From NCBI RefSeq assembly GCF_964355755.1, contig NC_092677.1:2874101-2938100 (forward strand): a stretch of 64,000 bases of DNA. Direction: 5' to 3'. This document shows positions 54,642-64,000 of the stretch, in pieces. How positions within the stretch are numbered: the first letter of the stretch is position 1; the number at the start of each line of letters is the position of its first letter. A program made the position numbers and the translations under genes. The stretch is from Antedon mediterranea. Lineage: Eukaryota; Animalia; Echinodermata. Below the pieces are notes generated by a model, which saw only the letters and a program-made list of their open reading frames with translations, did not search any database and was not told where the DNA came from.

Positions 54642-57600
54642 ATTGAATCATACCATGTACTGTACAGAAAGCATGGTACATTTAGTATAGTACTATTATT
54701 GAATCATACCATGTACTGTACAGAAAGCATGGTACATTTAGTATATTACTATTATTGAATCATACCATGTACTGTACAGAAAGCATGGTACATTTAGTAT
54801 AGTACTATTATTGAATCATACCATGTACTGTACAGAAAGCATGGTACATTTAGTATAGTACTATTATTGAATCATACCATGTACTGTACAGAAAGCATGG
54901 TACATTTAGCATAGTACTATTATTGAATCATACCATGTACTGTACAGAAAGCATGGTACATTTAGTATAGTACTATTATTGAATCATACCATGTACTGTA
55001 CAGAAAGCATGGTACATTTAGTATAGTACTATTATTGAATCATACCATGTACTGTACAGAAAGCATGGTACATTTAGTATAGTACTATTATTGAATCATA
55101 CCATGTACTGTACAGAAAGCATGGTACATTTAGTATAGTACTATTATTGAATCATACCATGTACTGTACAGAAATCATGGTACATTTAGCATAGTACTAT
55201 TATTGAATCATACCATGTACTGTACAGAAAGCATGGTACATTTAGCATAGTACTATTATTGAATCATACCATGTACTGTACAGAAAGCATGGTACATTTA
55301 GTATAGTACTATTATTGAATCATACCATGTACTGTACAGAAAGCATGGTACATTTAGTATAGTACTATTATTGAATCATACCATGTACTGTACAGAAAGC
55401 ATGGTACATTTAGTATAGTACTATTATTGAATCATACCATGTACTGTACAGAAAGCATGGTACATTTAGTATAGTACTATTATTGAATCATACCATGTAC
55501 TGTACAGAAAGCATGGTACATTTAGTATAGTACTATTATTGAATCATACCATGTACTGTACAGAAAGCATGGTACATTTAGTATAGTACTATTATTGAAT
55601 CATACCATGTACTGTACAGAAAGCATGGTACATTTAGCATAGTACTATTATTGAATCATACCATGTACTGTACAGAAAGCATGGTACATTTAGTATAGTA
55701 CTATTATTGAATCATACCATGTACTGTACAGAAAGCATGGTACATTTAGTATAGTACTATTATTGAATCATACCATGTACTGTACAGAAAGCATGGTACA
55801 TTTAGTATAGTACTATTATTGAATCATACCATGTACTGTACAGAAAGCATGGTACATTTAGTATAGTACTATTATTGAATCATACCATGTACTGTACAGA
55901 AAGCATGGTACATTTAGTATAGTACTATTATTGAATCATACCATGTACTGTACAGAAAGCATGGTACATTTAGTATAGTACTATTATTGAATCATACCAT
56001 GTACTGTACAGAAAGCATGGTACATTTAGCATAGTACTATTATTGAATCATACCATGTACTGTACAGAAAGCATGGTACATTTAGTATAGTACTATTATT
56101 GAATCATACCATGTACTGTACAGAAAGCATGGTACATTTAGTATAGTACTATTATTGAATCATACCATGTACTGTACAGAAAGCATGGTACATTTAGCAT
56201 AGTACTATTATTGAATCATACCATGTACTGTACAGAAAGCATGGTACATTTAGTATAGTACTATTATTGAATCATACCATGTACTGTACAGAAAGCATGG
56301 TACATTTAGCATAGTACTATTATTGAATCATACCATGTACTGTACAGAAAGCATGGTACATTTAGTATAGTACTATTATTGAATCATACCATGTACTGTA
56401 CAGAAAGCATGGTACATTTAGTATAGTACTATTATTGAATCATACCATGTACTGTACAGAAAGCATGGTACATTTAGTATAGTACTATTATTGAATCATA
56501 CCATGTACTGTACAGAAAGCATGGTACATTTAGTATAGTACTATTATTGAATCATACCATGTACTGTACAGAAAGCATGGTACATTTAGTATAGTACTAT
56601 TATTGAATCATACCATGTACTGTACAGAAAGCATGGTACATTTAGTATAGTACTATTATTGAATCATACCATGTACTGTACAGAAAGCATGGTACATTTA
56701 GTATAGTACTATTATTGAATCATACCATGTACTGTACAGAAAGCATGGTACATTTAGCATAGTACTATTATTGAATCATACCATGTACTGTACAGAAAGC
56801 ATGGTACATTTAGTATAGTACTATTATTGAATCATACCATGTACTGTACAGAAAGCATGGTACATTTAGCATAGTACTATTATTGAATCATACCATGTAC
56901 TGTACAGAAAGCATGGTACATTTAGTATAGTACTATTATTGAATCATACCATGTACTGTACAGAAAGCATGGTACATTTAGTATAGTACTATTATTGAAT
57001 CATACCATGTACTGTACAGAAAGCATGGTACATTTAGTATATTACTATTATTGAATCATACCATGTACTGTACAGAAAGCATGGTACATTTAGTATAGTA
57101 CTATTATTGAATCATACCATGTACTGTACAGAAAGCATGGTACATTTAGCATAGTACTATTATTGAATCATACCATGTACTGTACAGAAAGCATGGTACA
57201 TTTAGTATAGTACTATTATTGAATCATACCATGTACTGTACAGAAAGCATGGTACATTTAGTATAGTACTATTATTGAATCATACCATGTACTGTACAGA
57301 AAGCATGGTACATTTAGTATAGTACTATTATTGAATCATACCATGTACTGTACAGAAATCATGGTACATTTAGCATAGTACTATTATTGAATCATACCAT
57401 GTACTGTACAGAAAGCATGGTACATTTAGCATAGTACTATTATTGAATCATACCATGTACTGTACAGAAAGCATGGTACATTTAGTATAGTACTATTATT
57501 GAATCATACCATGTACTGTACAGAAAGCATGGTACATTTAGTATAGTACTATTATTGAATCATACCATGTACTGTACAGAAAGCATGGTACATTTAGTAT

Positions 57601-60600
57601 AGTACTATTATTGAATCATACCATGTACTGTACAGAAAGCATGGTACATTTAGTATAGTACTATTATTGAATCATACCATGTACTGTACAGAAAGCATGG
57701 TACATTTAGTATAGTACTATTATTGAATCATACCATGTACTGTACAGAAAGCATGGTACATTTAGTATAGTACTATTATTGAATCATACCATGTACTGTA
57801 CAGAAAGCATGGTACATTTAGCATAGTACTATTATTGAATCATACCATGTACTGTACAGAAAGCATGGTACATTTAGTATAGTACTATTATTGAATCATA
57901 CCATGTACTGTACAGAAAGCATGGTACATTTAGTATAGTACTATTATTGAATCATACCATGTACTGTACAGAAAGCATGGTACATTTAGTATAGTACTAT
58001 TATTGAATCATACCATGTACTGTACAGAAAGCATGGTACATTTAGTATAGTACTATTATTGAATCATACCATGTACTGTACAGAAAGCATGGTACATTTA
58101 GTATAGTACTATTATTGAATCATACCATGTACTGTACAGAAAGCATGGTACATTTAGCATAGTACTATTATTGAATCATACCATGTACTGTACAGAAAGC
58201 ATGGTACATTTAGTATAGTACTATTATTGAATCATACCATGTACTGTACAGAAAGCATGGTACATTTAGCATAGTACTATTATTGAATCATACCATGTAC
58301 TGTACAGAAAGCATGGTACATTTAGTATAGTACTATTATTGAATCATACCATGTACTGTACAGAAAGCATGGTACATTTAGTATATTACTATTATTGAAT
58401 CATACCATGTACTGTACAGAAAGCATGGTACATTTAGTATAGTACTATTATTGAATCATACCATGTACTGTACAGAAAGCATGGTACATTTAGCATAGTA
58501 CTATTATTGAATCATACCATGTACTGTACAGAAAGCATGGTACATTTAGTATAGTACTATTATTGAATCATACCATGTACTGTACAGAAAGCATGGTACA
58601 TTTAGTATAGTACTATTATTGAATCATACCATGTACTGTACAGAAAGCATGGTACATTTAGCATAGTACTATTATTGAATCATACCATGTACTGTACAGA
58701 AAGCATGGTACATTTAGTATAGTACTATTATTGAATCATACCATGTACTGTACAGAAAGCATGGTACATTTAGTATAGTACTATTATTGAATCATACCAT
58801 GTACTGTACAGAAAGCATGGTACATTTAGTATAGTACTATTATTGAATCATACCATGTACTGTACAGAAAGCATGGTACATTTAGTATAGTACTATTATT
58901 GAATCATACCATGTACTGTACAGAAATCATGGTACATTTAGCATAGTACTATTATTGAATCATACCATGTACTGTACAGAAAGCATGGTACATTTAGCAT
59001 AGTACTATTATTGAATCATACCATGTACTGTACAGAAAGCATGGTACATTTAGTATAGTACTATTATTGAATCATACCATGTACTGTACAGAAAGCATGG
59101 TACATTTAGCATAGTACTATTATTGAATCATACCATGTACTGTACAGAAAGCATGGTACATTTAGTATAGTACTATTATTGAATCATACCATGTACTGTA
59201 CAGAAAGCATGGTACATTTAGTATATTACTATTATTGAATCATACCATGTACTGTACAGAAAGCATGGTACATTTAGCATAGTACTATTATTGAATCATA
59301 CCATGTACTGTACAGAAAGCATGGTACATTTAGCATAGTACTATTATTGAATCATACCATGTACTGTACAGAAAGCATGGTACATTTAGTATAGTACTAT
59401 TATTGAATCATACCATGTACTGTACAGAAAGCATGGTACATTTAGTATAGTACTATTATTGAATCATACCATGTACTGTACAGAAAGCATGGTACATTTA
59501 GTATAGTACTATTATTGAATCATACCATGTACTGTACAGAAAGCATGGTACATTTAGTATAGTACTATTATTGAATCATACCATGTACTGTACAGAAAGC
59601 ATGGTACATTTAGCATAGTACTATTATTGAATCATACCATGTACTGTACAGAAAGCATGGTACATTTAGCATAGTACTATTATTGAATCATACCATGTAC
59701 TGTACAGAAAGCATGGTACATTTAGCATAGTACTATTATTGAATCATACCATGTACTGTACAGAAAGCATGGTACATTTAGTATAGTACTATTATTGAAT
59801 CATACCATGTACTGTACAGAAAGCATGGTACATTTAGCATAGTACTATTATTGAATCATACCATGTACTGTACAGAAAGCATGGTACATTTAGTATAGTA
59901 CTATTATTGAATCATACCATGTACTGTACAGAAAGCATGGTACATTTAGCATAGTACTATTATTGAATCATACCATGTACTGTACAGAAAGCATGGTACA
60001 TTTAGTATAGTACTATTATTGAATCATACCATGTACTGTACAGAAAGCATGGTACATTTAGCATAGTACTATTATTGAATCATACCATGTACTGTACAGA
60101 AAGCATGGTACATTTAGCATAGTACTATTATTGAATCATACCATGTACTGTACAGAAAGCATGGTACATTTAGTATAGTACTATTATTGAATCATACCAT
60201 GTACTGTACAGAAATCATGGTACATTTAGCATAGTACTATTATTGAATCATACCATGTACTGTACAGAAAGCATGGTACATTTAGCATGTAGTACTATTA
60301 TTGAATCATACCATGTACTGTACAGAAATCATGGTACATTTAGCATAGTACTATTATTGAATCATACCATGTACTGTACAGAAAGCATGGTACATTTAGT
60401 ATAGTACTATTATTGAATCATACCATGTACTGTACAGAAAGCATGGTACATTTAGCATAGTACTATTATTGAATCATACCATGTACTGTACAGAAAGCAT
60501 GGTACATTTAGTATAGTACTATTATTGAATCATACCATGTACTGTACAGAAAGCATGGTACATTTAGCATAGTACTATTATTGAATCATACCATGTACTG

Positions 60601-61625
60601 TACAGAAAGCATGGTACATTTAGCATAGTACTATTATTGAATCATACCATGTACTGTACAGAAAGCATGGTACATTTAGTATAGTACTATTATTGAATCA
60701 TACCATGTACTGTACAGAAATCATGGTACATTTAGCATAGTACTATTATTGAATCATACCATGTACTGTACAGAAAGCATGGTACATTTAGCATAGTACT
60801 ATTATTGAATCATACCATGTACTGTACAGAAATCATGGTACATTTAGCATAGTACTATTATTGAATCATACCATGTACTGTACAGAAATCATGGTACATT
60901 TAGCATAGTACTATTATTGAATCATACCATGTACTGTACAGAAAGCATGGTACATTTAGTATAGTACTATTATTGAATCATACCATGTACTGTACAGAAA
61001 TCATGGTACATTTAGCATAGTACTATTATTGAATCATACCATGTACTGTACAGAAAGCATGGTACATTTAGCATAGTACTATTATTGAATCATACCATGT
61101 ACTGTACAGAAAGCATGGTACATTTAGTATAGTACTATTATTGAATCATACCATGTACTGTACAGAAATCATGGTACATTTAGCATAGTACTATTATTGA
61201 ATCATACCATGTACTGTACAGAAATCATGGTACATTTAGCATAGTACTATTATTGAATCATACCATGTACTGTACAGAAATCATGGTACATTTAGCATAG
61301 TACTATTATTGAATCATACCATGTACTGTACAGAAAGCATGGTACATTTAGCATAGTACTATTATTGAATCATACCATGTACTGTACAGAAAGCATGGTA
61401 CATTTAGCATAGTACTATTATTGAATCATACCATGTACTGTACAGAAAGCATGGTACATTTAGCATAGTACTATTATTGAATCATACCATGTACTGTACA
61501 GAAAGCATGGTACATTTAGCATAGTACTATTATTGAATCATACCATGTACTGTACAGAAATCATGGTACATTTAGCATAGTACTATTATTGAATCATACC
61601 ATGTATAGAGTATGGTACATTAGCA
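54642..61625. repeat. 56-bp satellite x~125 (TTGAATCATACCATGTACTGTACAGAAAGCATGGTACATTTAGYATAGTACTATTA) in a Spire intron
   Basis: Period 56 (gaatc at 54701 and 54757); few variant positions. Confidence 0.98.
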
Positions 61626-62284
61626 CTGTATTGAACACAAAGTATGTATTTTATCATGCGTATTATGCTTAGATCAATAGAAGACGATGTGTTTATATTT
61701 ATCACACCTTAGTTTGTGACGCTCAAATATATAAAATTGTATACTACAACAATATTAAGATAATATCTATTATAAGATCTTACTAGAAAACTATTGACTG
61801 AGTTTGTGTAGAGAAGCTAGCAGCGGAATAGGCCTAAAGCTAAGTGATGACTTTTGCCCCTTTTTTAGAAAAAACAATCCCACTAATAACAAATTCTGGC
61901 TATAGGCTTGGTGTCATTAAATTTACTGTAAAATAGTATTTAATAATCTCATTCTTAATTACTTTGATTGTTTTTCCAAACAATTGCCGTTTAATTATCA
62001 AGAAATGTTGATAGCATATTACTCATGTTGTACATTCCCTAACGTAAGCTTACAATCAATATTATGAATAAACTAAAAGATGATGAATAATAAGTACGGT
62101 ATTAAGGATTCTCTTACCATCTGTCTGGTTATTACACACGTGTATGTTGCACGTACGGCACATGCATACCGCACGTACGCCATGTGTATGTTCTCTTACC
62201 ATCTGTCTGGTTATTACACACGTGTATGCCGCACGTAAGCCAAGTGTATGTTGCACGCACGATACATGAATCATCTCATTCATT

Positions 62285-62590
62285 AAGCTCTGTCGACACT
62301 ATCAAACTTTATGTGACCAAAAAATATGATGTGGTCATATATAGACATGATGATGTCATATCACTACCATATTTGGGCATATCACTGCCATATTTGGGCA
62401 TATCACTGCCATATTTGGACATATCACTACCATATTTGGGCATATCCCTACCATATTTGGGCATATCACTACCATATTTGGGCATATCACTACCATATTT
62501 GGGCATACCACTACCATATTTGGGCACATCACTAAGATATTTGGGCACATCACACATTTTTTTTTTCAATTAGTTCGATAGTGTAGACAG
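62285..62590. mobile_element. MITE family A copy with internal 21-bp unit expanded to ~9 copies
   Basis: Both TIRs flank the array. Confidence 0.9.
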
Positions 62591-63596
62591 TTATCTTAAT
62601 ACAAGCATGTTTAGTTCATACATGTATAGATTCAGAGTAAGATTAGGATTTGAATTTTTTTTATATTGTAAATTTACAATATCAATTTCAAAAGATTACT
62701 TATATTTGCTTCATTTGCATAGAGAACTACAAATAAGGTCTCATGAACTAGTACTTTTATTAGGACAACATATTGGATGTCAAGAAAACAATACTGTTGA
62801 CATTTTACATTCTTGACATTTTGACGTACTGTATTCAGAATTGAACTATTTTTGGTGCATAGTTTTGTATTTCTTTTTCAAACAATAAGATAATTTATTT
62901 ATTGTGAAAGGTCAAAAATTATATTTAAATTTTATATTTAGTTGTTTTCAATTGTTGATTTCATAAGTAAAGTATCATATTCTTGTAAAATTGTAATGTT
63001 TTGCGGGTCCATAATCATCTGCTTCGACTGGATGGAAAATATTGTTGAAAAAAAATGTGCTAAATCGTTAATTACAGTATTTACAAATGAAGGTTGGTTA
63101 ATGTAGGAAAAAGTAAAACCCCAAATTTGAAATAACATCAAACTTAAAAGTACACAATGGTCTTCCTAAAATACTGTATCAGATTTGTGTGTTTGCTTGA
63201 GGATCTTAAATATTATGTTCATTTTCCTACAAAGTACTGTTACAACTTAGGGTGAAGTCATAAATTACTGACATTTGAGATGGTAATTTGTGATCTATAA
63301 ATAATTGTTAATTTAACTTTGCTTACGCTAAGAGCAGTATAAATTTCATTTTAATTGTTTAAACCACGCTGCATTTGCTTGTAACACTATTTAACAAATA
63401 ATTAATCATTTCTCAACAAACTATACTGTAGCTAATAAATGGTATTCTATTTGCACAATAGATAGGCTCTGCTAGTTTTCCAGTGTTAAGATATGATGTA
63501 TGATCGATTGTAATCCCATGCTTGAGTATAATCCCACCTTAATTCAGGGTAAAATCGAACACAAGACTTTGATATATTCATTGTCATTTTAATTCA

Positions 63597-63838
63597 AGTA
63601 CAATGCTCCAAATTTAGTCCGAGTACAGTGCTCCAAATTTAGTCCGAGTACAGTGCTCCAAATTTAGTCCGAGTACAGTGCTCCAAATTTAGTCCAAGTA
63701 CAGTGCTCCAAATTTAGTCCGAGTACAGTGCTCCAAATTTAGTCCGAGTACAGTGCTCCAAATTTAGTCCGAGTACAGTGCTCCAAATTTAGTCTGAGTA
63801 CAGTGCTCCAAATTTAGTCTGAGTACAGTGCTCCAAAT
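63597..63838. repeat. 25-bp minisatellite (AGTACAGTGCTCCAAATTTAGTCCG) x~9.5
   Basis: Direct inspection. Confidence 0.95.
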
Positions 63839-64000
63839 TATACTTACCAATTACTCTACCAACGCACCTGGTCCCTGGTGGCCACAGGTTTGGCTCGGTT
63901 CTATGATTTTCTTACAGTAATACTATTTATTTAAATACTTTGTAGCATATATAGTTTTTCTTATTTTTATCATTTGTCTTTATGATATCATGTTTTGTTT

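Noticed and set aside
54642-61625. CRISPR-like appearance of the 56-bp array (and of the 37-bp array at 20095-20330)
   Set aside because: No unique spacers, no cas genes, eukaryotic intronic context.

Overview
AT-rich, intron-containing eukaryotic DNA from an invertebrate animal; a Deu/Nin-type SINE and the gene content fit an invertebrate deuterostome, but the species cannot be fixed from the sequence. Five spliced genes were reconstructed by hand. (1) A minus-strand STAND (NB-ARC-like) NTPase-TPR gene with no N-terminal effector domain, running off the left edge. It has a coding 21-nt minisatellite, a probable GC-AG intron and a palindromic NF-kB site upstream. (2) DHX35 (minus, 17 coding exons). 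(3) STX16 (plus, 9 coding exons), head-to-head with DHX35 about 300 bp away. (4) A minus-strand type I membrane receptor with 4 Ig domains and an ITAM-like tyrosine tail. (5) The 5' half of Spire (KIND + first two WH2 motifs), running off the right edge. Introns are dense with non-autonomous DNA transposons (about 18 copies of one Harbinger-like MITE, a second MITE family, a MULE-type foldback with a 9-bp TSD, nested insertions), tRNA-derived SINEs, a Penelope-like remnant with a hammerhead core, and two large satellites (17 bp x ~175; 56 bp x ~125). The most interesting candidates are the two putative innate-immune genes inserted among housekeeping genes. All coordinates were read by eye.
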